DNA of 32,000 nucleotides from Rhodobacter capsulatus SB 1003 (GCF_000021865.1 NC_014034.1:2100001-2132000), one strand, 5' to 3'. Positions 7,119 through 16,046 are shown, counted from the stretch's first letter. Notes: generated from the sequence alone by a model not told the origin. A program made the numbers and translations.

Positions 7119-9230
7119 ATGGCCCGCCTGCGCTTTCCCGCGGCCGCCCCGACACTGACCGGCCTTGCGCTGGCGGCGCTGACCGGCCTTTCCGCGCCCG
7201 CCCGCGCCGAGGGGCTTTCAAGCTACGGCACGCCCGGGCTGATCGATCTGCCAGCCGCCACCGCCGCGCCCGATGGCACGCTGGCCTGGACCTCGTCCTT
7301 TCTGGGCGGGCACACCCGCAACACGCTGCAGTTCCAGATCACGCCGCGGCTGTCGGGGGTGTTTCGCTATTCGATCCTGCGCGGCTATTTCGACACGCCC
7401 GAGGCCGATCTTTACGACCGCAGCTTCGATCTGCATTATGTGTTCCGCACCGAAAGCCCGCGGTTTCCGGCGCTTGCGGTGGGCTTGCGCGATTTCGGCG
7501 GCACCGGGGTTTTCGGCGCGGAATATCTGGTCGCGACGAAGCGGTTCCTTGACAACCGGCTGGCGCTGAGCGGCGGCATAGGCTGGGGGCGGCTGGGATC
7601 GTATCACGGGTTTCGCAACCCGCTGGCGGTGCTGGGCGAGCGCTTCGAGACCCGGCCGGGCCTGACCAGCCTGTCGGAAACCGGCCGCGTCTCGTTCAAC
7701 CGCTTCTTCCGCGGCGAGGCGGCGCTGTTTGGCGGGCTGAGTTATCAGCTGAACGACCGGCTGCAGCTGGCGGTCGAATATTCCTCGGACGCCTATCGGC
7801 GCGAGGTTGCCAGCATGGGCTTTGCGCATCGCAGCCCGGTGAACATCGGCCTGAGCTGGCAGGCAAGCGAGGCGCTGACGCTGACGGCCGCGGTGATCGG
7901 CGGGGCGCAGCTGGGGCTTGGCTTCAGCTACCAGCTCGACCCGCGCGCGCCGCGGGCGCCGGGCGGGCGCGAGAGGGCGGTGGCGCCGCTTTTGCCGCGC
8001 GCCGAGATCGCCGCTTTGGGCTGGCCCGCCGGGAACACGGAGGCCAGCCGCAGCCGTCTGGCATCGGCGCTGGCGCGCGACGGGCTGCGGCTGGAAAGCT
8101 ATGCCGAGGACGGCGCCCGCGCCCGGATCGTGCTGGCCAATCCGGGCTTTCGCGCCGCGCCGCAGGCGCTGGGGCGGGCGGCGCGCGCGATGGCCAACAG
8201 CCTGCCCGCCGGGATCGAACGTTTCGAGATCACCCTGACCGCGCAGGGCATGCCGACGACGCAGGCCGCGTTCCGCCGCGCGGACCTGCATCAGCTGGAA
8301 CATGCCTGGGACGGCAGCTGGCAAAGCTTCGCCCGGGCGCAGATCACCGACGCGCCCGCGCGGCTCGCCCCCGATCCGGGCGTCTATCCGGCGCTTGACT
8401 GGAGCCTGCTGCCCTATGTCCGCACCGCGCTTTTCGACCCCGACAGCCCGCTGCGCGCCGATGTCGGGCTGGCGGCCAGTGCCAGCTACCGGCTGGCGCC
8501 GGGGCTTTCGGTCGAAACGCTGATCCGGCAGAAAGCCTTTGGCACGCTGGATCAATCGAGCCGGATTTCGAATTCGATTCAACCGCATGTGCGTTCCGAC
8601 GCGCCGCTTTACGACAAGCTTTCGGGGCCGCAGCTGGTGCAGCTGAGCGCCGATTACCTGGTCCGGCCCGGGGGCGATCTGTATGGCCGGGTCTCGGCGG
8701 GCTATTTCGAACAGATGTTCGCGGGCGTCTCGGGCGAGATCCTGTGGTATCCGCAGGGCAGCCGCCTCGCCCTTGGCGCCGAGCTGAACCATCTTGTGCA
8801 GCGCGATCCCGCCGCGCGGCTGGGGCTTGGCGACTATCGCGTCACCTCCGGCCATGCCTCGGCCTATTACGATTTTGGCGACAGCTACCGCGGCCAGCTC
8901 GATCTGGGGCGCTATCTGGCGGGCGACTGGGGCGGCACGCTGACGCTGGCCCGCGAATTCGACAACGGGTTCCGCGTCGCGGCTTTCTTCACCCTGACCG
9001 GCATTTCCTTTGACGATTTCGGCGAGGGCTCGTTCGACAAGGGCATCAGCCTGACGATCCCGCTGGACTGGCTGACCGGAGAGCCGTCGCGGCGCGGCTT
9101 TGCGCAGACGATCCGGCCGATCCAGCGCGACGGCGGCGCCCGGGTGGCGATCGCGCATCGGCTTTACGAGGAGGTCCGGGGCACGAATGCCCAGACGCTC
9201 TCCGATCAATGGGGCAAGTTCTGGCGATGA
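7119..9230 (+). CDS. yjbH: YjbH/GfcD-family outer-membrane exopolysaccharide protein (module A)
   Basis: The ATG at 7119 lies 4 nt after the GT4 stop. Signal peptide is MARLRFPAAAPTLTGLALAALTGLSAPARA. At 703 aa it matches the size of E. coli YjbH/GfcD. It has the N-terminal GTPGLIDLPAA motif and the C-terminal FGEGSFDKGISLTIPLDW...IRPIQRDGG... It is a clear paralogue of 18100-20220. Confidence 0.75.
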   Translation: MARLRFPAAAPTLTGLALAALTGLSAPARAEGLSSYGTPGLIDLPAATAAPDGTLAWTSSFLGGHTRNTLQFQITPRLSGVFRYSILRGYFDTPEADLYDRSFDLHYVFRTESPRFPALAVGLRDFGGTGVFGAEYLVATKRFLDNRLALSGGIGWGRLGSYHGFRNPLAVLGERFETRPGLTSLSETGRVSFNRFFRGEAALFGGLSYQLNDRLQLAVEYSSDAYRREVASMGFAHRSPVNIGLSWQASEALTLTAAVIGGAQLGLGFSYQLDPRAPRAPGGRERAVAPLLPRAEIAALGWPAGNTEASRSRLASALARDGLRLESYAEDGARARIVLANPGFRAAPQALGRAARAMANSLPAGIERFEITLTAQGMPTTQAAFRRADLHQLEHAWDGSWQSFARAQITDAPARLAPDPGVYPALDWSLLPYVRTALFDPDSPLRADVGLAASASYRLAPGLSVETLIRQKAFGTLDQSSRISNSIQPHVRSDAPLYDKLSGPQLVQLSADYLVRPGGDLYGRVSAGYFEQMFAGVSGEILWYPQGSRLALGAELNHLVQRDPAARLGLGDYRVTSGHASAYYDFGDSYRGQLDLGRYLAGDWGGTLTLAREFDNGFRVAAFFTLTGISFDDFGEGSFDKGISLTIPLDWLTGEPSRRGFAQTIRPIQRDGGARVAIAHRLYEEVRGTNAQTLSDQWGKFWR

Positions 9231-9889
9231 ACAGGCGGCAGGTTCTGACGGCTTTTGCGGTTCTGGCGGCGCTTGCGGGCTGTTCCTCGGACCCGGGAAC
9301 ACGGGCGCTGCTGGCGGGGGCGCTGCCCTTGCGCGCGCGCGCGGCCGAGCCGAACCCGGACTTTGCCGCGGCCGAACGCGCGGGCGCCCCGGCCCTTGCG
9401 GCGGCGGTCGAATCCCGGCCGGAGGCGATCGCGGTGCTGCGGCGGCAGACCGTATCGGAGCCCGACGGCGTCGAGACGATGATCGCGGCCGATGGCGCGC
9501 AACTGATGTTTCAGGGCGGGCTTCTGGTCGGCAGCCGGGGCTTTGGCGCCGATGTGATGGCCGCGGAGGTGACGCAAAGCGCGGCGCTGGTGCGGGGGCT
9601 TTCGGCCGGCACATCGACGCGGCTGATGACGCTGATCGACGGCAATGACCATGCGGTGACGCGGGCCTTTCGCTGCCGGATCACCCCGGGCGAGATCGAG
9701 ACCGTCCGCATCGGCCCCCGCGCCGTCCCCACCCGCACGATGACCGAGGCCTGCCGCGGTGCGCTGGCGCGGTTTTACAATTTCTACTGGGTGGTGCCCG
9801 AGACCGGCGAGATCGTGCAATCCAGCCAGTGGACCGGGCCGCTGACCGGCAAGATCTCGCTGCGCCGGATCGATCCGGGGCGGCGCTGA
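9227..9889 (+). CDS. yjbF: YjbF/GfcB-family lipoprotein (module A)
   Basis: The ATG at 9227 overlaps the yjbH stop (ATGA); an alternative ATG lies at 9209. Lipoprotein signal is MNRRQVLTAFAVLAALAGC. It is ~220 aa and shares GLLVGSRGFGADVMAAE and QSSQWTGP motifs with the paralogue at 17501-18103. Its position next to yjbH supports the family call. Confidence 0.65.
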   Translation: MNRRQVLTAFAVLAALAGCSSDPGTRALLAGALPLRARAAEPNPDFAAAERAGAPALAAAVESRPEAIAVLRRQTVSEPDGVETMIAADGAQLMFQGGLLVGSRGFGADVMAAEVTQSAALVRGLSAGTSTRLMTLIDGNDHAVTRAFRCRITPGEIETVRIGPRAVPTRTMTEACRGALARFYNFYWVVPETGEIVQSSQWTGPLTGKISLRRIDPGRR

Positions 9890-9919
9890 GCCCCGCCCCG
9901 ATCCTGGCCCCGATCGCCG

Positions 9920-12001
9920 CTAGTCGCGGTAATATTCCGCATGCGCGCCGTAGCGGGCGCCATAGCTGCCGCCCTGCCCGTAACGCTGCATCCGGTCGGT
10001 GTCGATCCGGCTCAGGATCAGGCCGCTGACCTTCTGGCGCACGCTGGCGAAAAGCTGCAGCGCCTCGAAGACCTCGCGGCGCGGGGTGCCGTCCCAAAGC
10101 ACCGAAAACAGCGCCGCATCGGCCGATTGCGCGATGATCCGGGCATCGGGCACCACGAGGACCGGCGGCGTGTCGATCAGGATATAGTCGAAGCGGCGCC
10201 GCATCTGCGCGATGAAGCCCTTCCAGGCGTCGGACATGAACAGATCGGCGGCATTGACCCGGCTGCGCTCGCCCATGATCAGCGACAGGCCCAGTTCGGG
10301 ATGGGCGATCACCACCTCGTCCACCTCGGCCGCGCCGGACAGCAGCGACACCAGCCCCTTGCGCCCGGCATGCTGTGGGAAATATTCCGCCAGCATGTTG
10401 CGGCGGATGTCGCCCTCGATCAGCAGCACCGACTTGCCGATGCCGACGAAATTCATCGCCAGCGCCAGCGCATTCGTCGTCTTGCCCTCGCCCGGCACCG
10501 AAGAGGTCAGCATGATCACCTGCGGCGGCGCATCGACATTGGACAGCAGCACCGAGGTGCGCAGGTTGCGCACCGCCTCCATCGCCGCCGAGGAGGGTTT
10601 CGCCGCCAGATAGCCCATCACCTCGCCCCGCGTCGCGCCGGGAATGACCGGGATCTGCCCCATCACGACGAGGCCCGTGTCCTCCTCCAGCTGGCGCGCG
10701 GTGCGAAAACCGTCGCGCAGCAGGTCGCGCAGCAGCACGACCGCCACCCCCGCGATCAGGCCCAGCACGGCGCAGAACGCCAGGATCAGCCCCTTGCGCG
10801 GCGCCGTCGGCACCTTGGGCACCACCGCCGCCGAGAGGATCCGGCTGTCGGCCTGCTGGATGCCCTGCTGCGCCGAGGTTTCCTTGAGCCGCCCCAGGAA
10901 ATATTCGTAAAGCGTGCGGTTCGCCTCGGCCTCGCGCGTCAGCTGCTGCAGCGCGATCATGTCGTCGCCCTGCCGCGAGATCTGCCGCGAAAGCGTCGTT
11001 TCGGTGCGCCGCATCGCCGCCAGCTGATCCTCGGCCCGGGCCCGTTCCAGCCGCGCCCGCGCCAGCAACAGGGCAAATTGCGCCTCGAACTCGGCGCCAG
11101 TCCCGGCTGCCAGCCGCGCCAGCCCGGCCTCGCCCGCGGCCGCGACCTTTTCATCGGGCGTCCGCGCCGCTTCCAGCGCCGCGGCCCGCGCCGAAGCCCG
11201 CGCCGCCGCCTGCGTCGTGTCGGCGATCCGCTCGCGCAGATCCTTGAGCTGCACCTGCAGCGCCGCCAGCGACTCCTCGGAAATCAGCGTCGTGCCGACA
11301 TTGAAGGATTTCACCTTTTCCTCGGTCGCCTCGAGCTGGCGCTTCAGCGCGGCCACCCGGTTGCCCAGCCAGACCGTCGCCTGTTCGGTCGCCTCGAACT
11401 TCACCTCGATCTGGTTGACGATATAGCGCTTCGTCCAGGCATCGGCGATCCGCGCCGCCTTTTGCGGGTCTTCGGACTGCACCGCAACCTCGAAGACATA
11501 GCTGTCGGGCAGGTTGCGCACCGCCAGATGGGCCAGAACGGCATCGACCACCCCCGCCCGGATCGCCGCCGGATCGGGCGCCGCGGCCGCGCCGAAAAGC
11601 CCGCGCAACCGCGCCCGCAGGGACGGCGCCCCCAGCGTGGCGTTGAATTCCGGGTCCGCGGCCAGATCGAGCTCCGCCACCACCTTTTCCGCCACCCCGC
11701 GCGAGCGCAGCACCTCCACCTCGGTGTTCAGCTCGTCCGAGCTGCCGGTCAGCCCGCCCATCATCCCCTCGAGGTCGATCACCTGCGGCTTGCGGGTTTC
11801 CAGCACCACCGTCGCCCGCGCCGTATAGACCGGCGTCGCGAGGAATTGCGCATAAAGCAGCCCCAGCGCCACCGCCACGGCAAAGCCGGCCGCGATCGTC
11901 CGCCAGCCCGCCCGCAGGGTCCGCAGCCCCTGCGCAAGATCGATCATCTCGTCCTCGGGCGCGGGACGTTCGGCGTGAGTGTGAGGAGCGTTCATCTGCA
12001 T
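9920..12001 (-). CDS. wzc: Polysaccharide co-polymerase / tyrosine autokinase (Wzc/ExoP/GumC family), module A
   Basis: It has an N-terminal Wzz-like domain with a TM helix (WRTIAAGFAVAVALGLLYA), a long coiled-coil and a second TM. The kinase domain has Walker A SSVPGEGKTT, A' LLIEGDIRRN and B YILIDTPP, with a Tyr-rich tail YGQGGSYGARYGAHAEYYRD. Start is uncertain: ATG at 12001 or 11995; the track start at 12049 is a TTG. Confidence 0.85.
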   Translation of the reverse strand: MQMNAPHTHAERPAPEDEMIDLAQGLRTLRAGWRTIAAGFAVAVALGLLYAQFLATPVYTARATVVLETRKPQVIDLEGMMGGLTGSSDELNTEVEVLRSRGVAEKVVAELDLAADPEFNATLGAPSLRARLRGLFGAAAAPDPAAIRAGVVDAVLAHLAVRNLPDSYVFEVAVQSEDPQKAARIADAWTKRYIVNQIEVKFEATEQATVWLGNRVAALKRQLEATEEKVKSFNVGTTLISEESLAALQVQLKDLRERIADTTQAAARASARAAALEAARTPDEKVAAAGEAGLARLAAGTGAEFEAQFALLLARARLERARAEDQLAAMRRTETTLSRQISRQGDDMIALQQLTREAEANRTLYEYFLGRLKETSAQQGIQQADSRILSAAVVPKVPTAPRKGLILAFCAVLGLIAGVAVVLLRDLLRDGFRTARQLEEDTGLVVMGQIPVIPGATRGEVMGYLAAKPSSAAMEAVRNLRTSVLLSNVDAPPQVIMLTSSVPGEGKTTNALALAMNFVGIGKSVLLIEGDIRRNMLAEYFPQHAGRKGLVSLLSGAAEVDEVVIAHPELGLSLIMGERSRVNAADLFMSDAWKGFIAQMRRRFDYILIDTPPVLVVPDARIIAQSADAALFSVLWDGTPRREVFEALQLFASVRQKVSGLILSRIDTDRMQRYGQGGSYGARYGAHAEYYRD

Positions 12002-12219
12002 TCCATCGAAACCGTCGCGGCGGGGCGCAAGGCATTGCCGCACCCGCAATCCGCCCCGTCCTAGCAGAGTTTGCCCGACAGGCTAAGCGCTTTCCACCGC
12101 ACCGCCGCAACCGCCGCATTGTCCGGGCTTCGTGCAACAATCCTGCCCTGCCCGGGCGCAGTGCCGCCATTTGGAACCGGTCGCGTCTCATTTGCGCCAT
12201 ACTCGTAATCAATGGGTTA

Positions 12220-12246
12220 ACGCGTGATCTGCGAAAGATCCCGCGT
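12220..12246. promoter_or_regulatory. 27-bp near-perfect palindrome (candidate operator or 5'-UTR hairpin) upstream of the priming transferase
   Basis: ACGCGTGATCT GCGAA AGATCCCGCGT, with 10 of 11 arm positions complementary. It lies 52 nt upstream of the ATG at 12298, inside the 296-bp divergent wzc-A / sugar-transferase intergenic region. Confidence 0.5.
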
Positions 12247-12297
12247 GCGATCGTTCTGGGTGCCGAGACCTTGCGAGCTGACCTCTGGGAGTGTGAG

Positions 12298-12996
12298 ATG
12301 GCCTTTTATGACATCGGATCTTCGGCCGAAGACCTTGTCGCGCTGGAGCGGGCGCTTGCGCCCCGGCCCGGCGTCCTGCGCGCGGTCTATGCCCGTTTCG
12401 GCAAGCGGCTGGCCGATCTGGTGCTGGCGGTGCTGATGCTGCCGGTGCTGCTGCCGGTGATCGCGCTGATCTGGCTCTGGGTGCGGCTTGACGGCCATCC
12501 GGCGCTGTTCTGCCAGCCCCGCGTCGGACGCGACGGCCGGATCTTCGCCTGCTACAAGTTCCGCACCATGGTCCCCGGCGCCGAACGCGTGCTGGCCGAG
12601 ATGTGCGCCCGCGATCCCGCCATCGCCGCCGAATGGGCGACCTATCAGAAGCTGCGCCACGATCCCCGCATCACCCGCGCAGGCGCCTGGCTGCGCAAGC
12701 TCAGCCTTGATGAATTGCCGCAGATCTTCAACGTGTTGAAGGGCGACATGAGCCTGGTCGGCCCGCGTCCCTTCCTGCCCGCACAGGAACCGCTTTACCG
12801 TCAGGCGGGCGGGCGGGCCTATTTCCGGATGCGTCCGGGCGTGACCGGGCTGTGGCAGGTCGTCAGCCGTCACGACACCACGCTGGCCGCCCGGGTGCAG
12901 TTCGACGAAAGCTACGGCCGCGATCTGTCGCTGCGCCGCGATCTTGGCCTGATCCTGCGCACCGCCGGGGTGGTGGCGCGCCGCACCGGCGCCTGA
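12298..12996 (+). CDS. Undecaprenyl-phosphate sugar-phosphate transferase (bacterial sugar transferase, WbaP C-terminal / ExoY type); priming enzyme
   Basis: ATG at 12298 with GGGAG 6 nt upstream; the track start at 12271 is a TTG. There is one TM helix ([25 protein letters not shown]), followed by [23 protein letters not shown]...[21 protein letters not shown], the hallmark of this family. Confidence 0.9.
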   Translation: MAFYDIGSSAEDLVALERALAPRPGVLRAVYARFGKRLADLVLAVLMLPVLLPVIALIWLWVRLDGHPALFCQPRVGRDGRIFACYKFRTMVPGAERVLAEMCARDPAIAAEWATYQKLRHDPRITRAGAWLRKLSLDELPQIFNVLKGDMSLVGPRPFLPAQEPLYRQAGGRAYFRMRPGVTGLWQVVSRHDTTLAARVQFDESYGRDLSLRRDLGLILRTAGVVARRTGA

Positions 12997-13004
12997 GACG
13001 GCAC

Positions 13005-13029
13005 GGCCCTCTCCCGGCGGGGCAGGGCC
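13005..13029 (+). terminator. GC hairpin downstream of the sugar transferase (possible attenuator or terminator, no clear U-tract)
   Basis: GGCCCT (13005-13010) pairs with AGGGCC (13024-13029), with inner CCC/GGG pairs. It is immediately followed by the small palindrome AGATT-GCG-AATCT (13030-13042). It lies 9 nt after the TGA at 12994-12996. Confidence 0.3.
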
Positions 13030-13105
13030 AGATTGCGAATCTCGCGCCCGCAGCCTAGAGCGGAAGCAGCGCGCCCGCAGTTGCCCGGCCGCCCCAGCCC
13101 CGGAG

Positions 13106-14485
13106 ATGACCTTGCGCCTGCTGACCGTGCTGCTGACCGCGACGATGCTCTCTCAGACCCTTGGCGGCTGCGGCGTCGCCTATCACGGCGCCAAGGTCCG
13201 CCCCGGCATCAGCGCCGAGGGCAAGGTCCGCGTCCTGCCGGTCAGCGCGGAATCGGTGCTGGTGGCCAATGCCGCCCCCTATCAGCCGCGCCAGCTGCCC
13301 AGCTATTTCCGCCAGACCGCGGGCCTTGGCGGCACCTTGGCCGAACCCGTCGCCGCCCCCGAAGGCACGCTGCCGCGCCTCGCGCGGCCCGAGCCGCCGC
13401 AGATGCGCCTGCCGCCGCCGCTCGCCCCCGCGAGCTATCGGATCGGCGTCGGCGATGTCGTGCTGCTGGCGACCCCGCGCGACGGCACCACGGTCGGACA
13501 GCTGACCGGGATCCTCGCCGCCCAGACCGCGCGGCAGGGCTATACGGTGCAGGATGACGGCACGATCTCGGTGCCGACGGTGGGGCGGGTGCAGATCGCG
13601 GGCCAGACCGTCGACGACGCCGAGGCGACGCTGTTCCAAAGCTTCCTTGACCGGAAGATCGACCCGACCTTCTCGCTGGAGATCGCCGAATTCCGGTCAA
13701 AGACCGTGGCGATCGGCGGCGATGTCGCGGCGCCCGGGGTGGTGCCGGTGACGCTGGCGCCGCTGCATCTGGACGCGGCGCTGGCGGCGGTGGGCGGGGC
13801 GACCCCGGCCGATCCCGACACCGCGCTGGTGCGGCTGCACCGCGGCGGCAAGCTTTACCAGATGCCGCTGAAGGCGGTGCAGGAAGATCCCGCGGTGGGG
13901 CAGCTGCCGCTGGCGGCGGGCGACAGCCTGTTTGTCGACAGCGGCTATGCGCTGGACCGGGCGGCGGCCTATTTCGAGCAGCAGATCACGCTCGCCAATT
14001 TCCGTCAGGCCGAGCGCAAGTCGCGGCTCGAGGCGCTGCAGACCGAGGTGGCGCTGCGCCGGTCCGAGCTGTCCGAAGCGCGCGAAACCTTTGCCACCCG
14101 GCTCGATCTGGGGGCAGAGGCGCGCGATTACGTTTATGTCACCGGCGAGATCGGCAAGCAAAGCCGCTTCCCGCTGCCCTTCGACCGCAAGGCGACGCTG
14201 GCGGATGCGCTTTACGAGGCGGGCGGCGGGCTGAGCACGGCCAGCTCGAACCCGAAAGAGATCTATGTGCTGCGCGGCTCTGCCGATCCGCTGGAATATG
14301 ACGCGATCACCGCCTGGCATCTGGACGCGGGCAACATGGCGGCGATGCTGCTGGCGACGCGCTTCGATCTGCATGCCAATGACGTGATCTTCGTCGCCGC
14401 CCAGCCGGTGCAGCACTGGAGCAACGTGATCAAGGCGCTGACGCCCTCGTTGCTGGTCTCCTCGGTCAACGCCGTCTCGGAATAA
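13106..14485 (+). CDS. wza: Polysaccharide export outer-membrane lipoprotein (Wza/ExoF family), module A
   Basis: 459 aa. Lipoprotein signal is MTLRLLTVLLTATMLSQTLGGC, followed by a Pro/Ala-rich linker. The Poly_export core is YRIGVGDVVLL...YTVQDDGTISVPTVGRVQIAGQTVDDAEATL, then SLBB-like segments. The C-terminal helix ...WSNVIKALTPSLLVSSV resembles the Wza-B C-terminus WNRLISSILPTVTVV. Confidence 0.85.
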   Translation: MTLRLLTVLLTATMLSQTLGGCGVAYHGAKVRPGISAEGKVRVLPVSAESVLVANAAPYQPRQLPSYFRQTAGLGGTLAEPVAAPEGTLPRLARPEPPQMRLPPPLAPASYRIGVGDVVLLATPRDGTTVGQLTGILAAQTARQGYTVQDDGTISVPTVGRVQIAGQTVDDAEATLFQSFLDRKIDPTFSLEIAEFRSKTVAIGGDVAAPGVVPVTLAPLHLDAALAAVGGATPADPDTALVRLHRGGKLYQMPLKAVQEDPAVGQLPLAAGDSLFVDSGYALDRAAAYFEQQITLANFRQAERKSRLEALQTEVALRRSELSEARETFATRLDLGAEARDYVYVTGEIGKQSRFPLPFDRKATLADALYEAGGGLSTASSNPKEIYVLRGSADPLEYDAITAWHLDAGNMAAMLLATRFDLHANDVIFVAAQPVQHWSNVIKALTPSLLVSSVNAVSE

Positions 14486-14515
14486 GACGGCCTGCGTTCG
14501 AGCGGGCGGGCGGGC

Positions 14516-14761
14516 TCAGTTGGTGGAGGGGGTCGAGCTGCCGCCGCCGCCGCCCGCCGAAAGCGCCGCAAGCCCTGCCACGCCGCCCAGAAGCGGCAAC
14601 AGGAACACCAGGTTGGTGGCGCGGCCGACGGGCAGATCGCCCTCGGGCAGGACCACCGCGGGTTTGGTCTCGTCCTTTTCGGTCTTCGGCGCCGATTGCG
14701 CCAGCGCGGGCGCCGTCAGCGCCAGACTGCCAAGAAGCGCCAGAACCACCGCAGATTTCAT
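14516..14761 (-). CDS. yjbE: Small secreted Gly-rich protein, YjbE/GfcA-like (module A)
   Basis: ATG at 14761 with GGGAGGGA upstream; the track start at 14782 is a TTG. 81 aa. Signal peptide is MKSAVVLALLGSLALTAPALA, the middle is charged, and the C-terminus is FLLPLLGGVAGLAALSAGGGGGSSTPSTN. This is the same architecture as 17103-17420 and, from memory, as the E. coli YjbE tail (...ATGGGDGSNTGTTTT...). Confidence 0.6.
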   Translation of the reverse strand: MKSAVVLALLGSLALTAPALAQSAPKTEKDETKPAVVLPEGDLPVGRATNLVFLLPLLGGVAGLAALSAGGGGGSSTPSTN

Positions 14762-14810
14762 CCCCGTCCCTCCCGCAAGCAAGACCCTTTCGCGGCAATT
14801 CTAGCACGGC

Positions 14811-14838
14811 CGCCGCGGCTTTCACAGCGCCGCGGCGC
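14811..14838 (-). terminator. GC hairpin between the epimerase and yjbE-A
   Basis: CGCCGCGGC (14811-14819) and GCCGCGGCG (14830-14838) form a 9-bp stem with a 10-nt loop. It lies 18 nt downstream of the epimerase stop on the minus strand. There is no U-tract. Confidence 0.25.
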
Positions 14839-14855
14839 CCTGCCCCGCCGCCCGG

Positions 14856-15878
14856 TCATTTGTTGTAATACCCGCGATACCAGTCGACGAAGCGGGCGAT
14901 GCCGTCGCGGAAATCGGTCTGCGGCCGGTAGCCGGTCAGGCTGTGCAGCAGCGTCGCATCGGCAAAGGTCGCGGGCACGTCGCCCTTTTGCATCGGCAGG
15001 TAATTGCGGAGCGCCGTCTTGCCCAGACAGGCCTCGATCGCCTCGACGAAATCCAGCAGCCGCACCTTGTCGGAATTGCCGATATTGACGATGCGGAACG
15101 GCGCCACCGGCGACAGGCTGTCGCCCGCGGGCACCACGCCATCCTCGGGGCGCTGCGGCACGGCGTCGATCAACAGCCGGATCCCGCGCACGAGGTCATC
15201 AATATAGGTGAAGTCGCGATACATCTCGCCGTGGTTGTAAATGTCGATCGGCCGGTCATCGAGGATCGCATCGACGAATTTGTAAAGCGCCAGATCCGGC
15301 CGCCCCCAGGGCCCGTAAACGGTGAAGAAGCGGAACATCGTCACCGGCAGGTTCCACAGATGCGCATAGGCATGGGCCATGCTTTCATTGGCCTTTTTCG
15401 TCGCCGCATAGATCGTCAGCTGGGTGTCGGCCTTGTCGGTCTCGGCAAAGGGCATCTTCGGGTTGGCGCCGTAAACCGAGGAGGTCGAGGCGATCAGCAG
15501 ATGTTTCACCTGCAGCCGCCGCGCCGCCTCGATCACGGAGAAGGTGCCGATCACGTTGCTGTCGAGATAGGCGCGCGGATTTTCCAGGCTGTAGCGGACC
15601 CCGGCCTGGGCGGCCAGATGCACGATCACCTCGGGGCGGAAGGCGTCGGCCACGGCATCGAAACGGGGCTGATCTTCCAGCATCGCCTCGGTCGCGGTGA
15701 AATTCGGATGCGCGCGCAAGATCGCATGCCGGTCATGCTTGAGCGCGACATCGTAATAATCCGTCATCCCGTCATAGCCCTGCACCCGCCAGCCCTCGGC
15801 CAGAAGCAGCCGGGCCAGGTGAAAGCCGATGAAACCGGCGGTCCCGGTGATCAGGATGCGGGGAAGCTCTGCGCTCAA
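14856..15878 (-). CDS. UDP-glucuronate 4-epimerase (NAD-dependent epimerase/dehydratase, Cap1J/LpsL type)
   Basis: [47 protein letters not shown]..., then [71 protein letters not shown]. This is the extended-SDR YxxxK pattern and matches what I recall of UDP-GlcA 4-epimerases. The preferred start is the TTG at 15878 (GGAGA plus a 6-nt spacer). The track start at 15974 is also a TTG but has no RBS. Confidence 0.85.
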   Translation of the reverse strand: MSAELPRILITGTAGFIGFHLARLLLAEGWRVQGYDGMTDYYDVALKHDRHAILRAHPNFTATEAMLEDQPRFDAVADAFRPEVIVHLAAQAGVRYSLENPRAYLDSNVIGTFSVIEAARRLQVKHLLIASTSSVYGANPKMPFAETDKADTQLTIYAATKKANESMAHAYAHLWNLPVTMFRFFTVYGPWGRPDLALYKFVDAILDDRPIDIYNHGEMYRDFTYIDDLVRGIRLLIDAVPQRPEDGVVPAGDSLSPVAPFRIVNIGNSDKVRLLDFVEAIEACLGKTALRNYLPMQKGDVPATFADATLLHSLTGYRPQTDFRDGIARFVDWYRGYYNK

Positions 15879-16046
15879 GGCCTGTCTCCGTTCTTGGGCA
15901 TCGGGCAGCGCGCCAAGCCGCAAGCCCGGCCCCGCCACGCCTTTGCCAATGCCATCCGCGGGCAGCCCCGTCAATTCCGCAGCGGGGAAACCGGCCCGAA
16001 GCGGCCCCCGATCTGTCGGAAGGATATGCCGGAAACGGCGTCCCGT

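Noticed and set aside
12172-12196. TGGAAC...TTTGC, which resembles a sigma-54 (-24/-12) promoter upstream of the priming transferase.
   Set aside because: The GG-to-GC spacing does not fit the TGGCAC-N5-TTGC geometry in any register I tried. No enhancer-binding-protein gene is nearby.
12226-13042. A shared TGCGAA core in the 12220-12246 palindrome and the 13030-13042 palindrome, read as a common operator motif.
   Set aside because: When aligned on their dyad centres the half-sites have different spacing (GAT-N9-ATC versus GAT-N5-ATC). A 6-mer match on its own is weak evidence.
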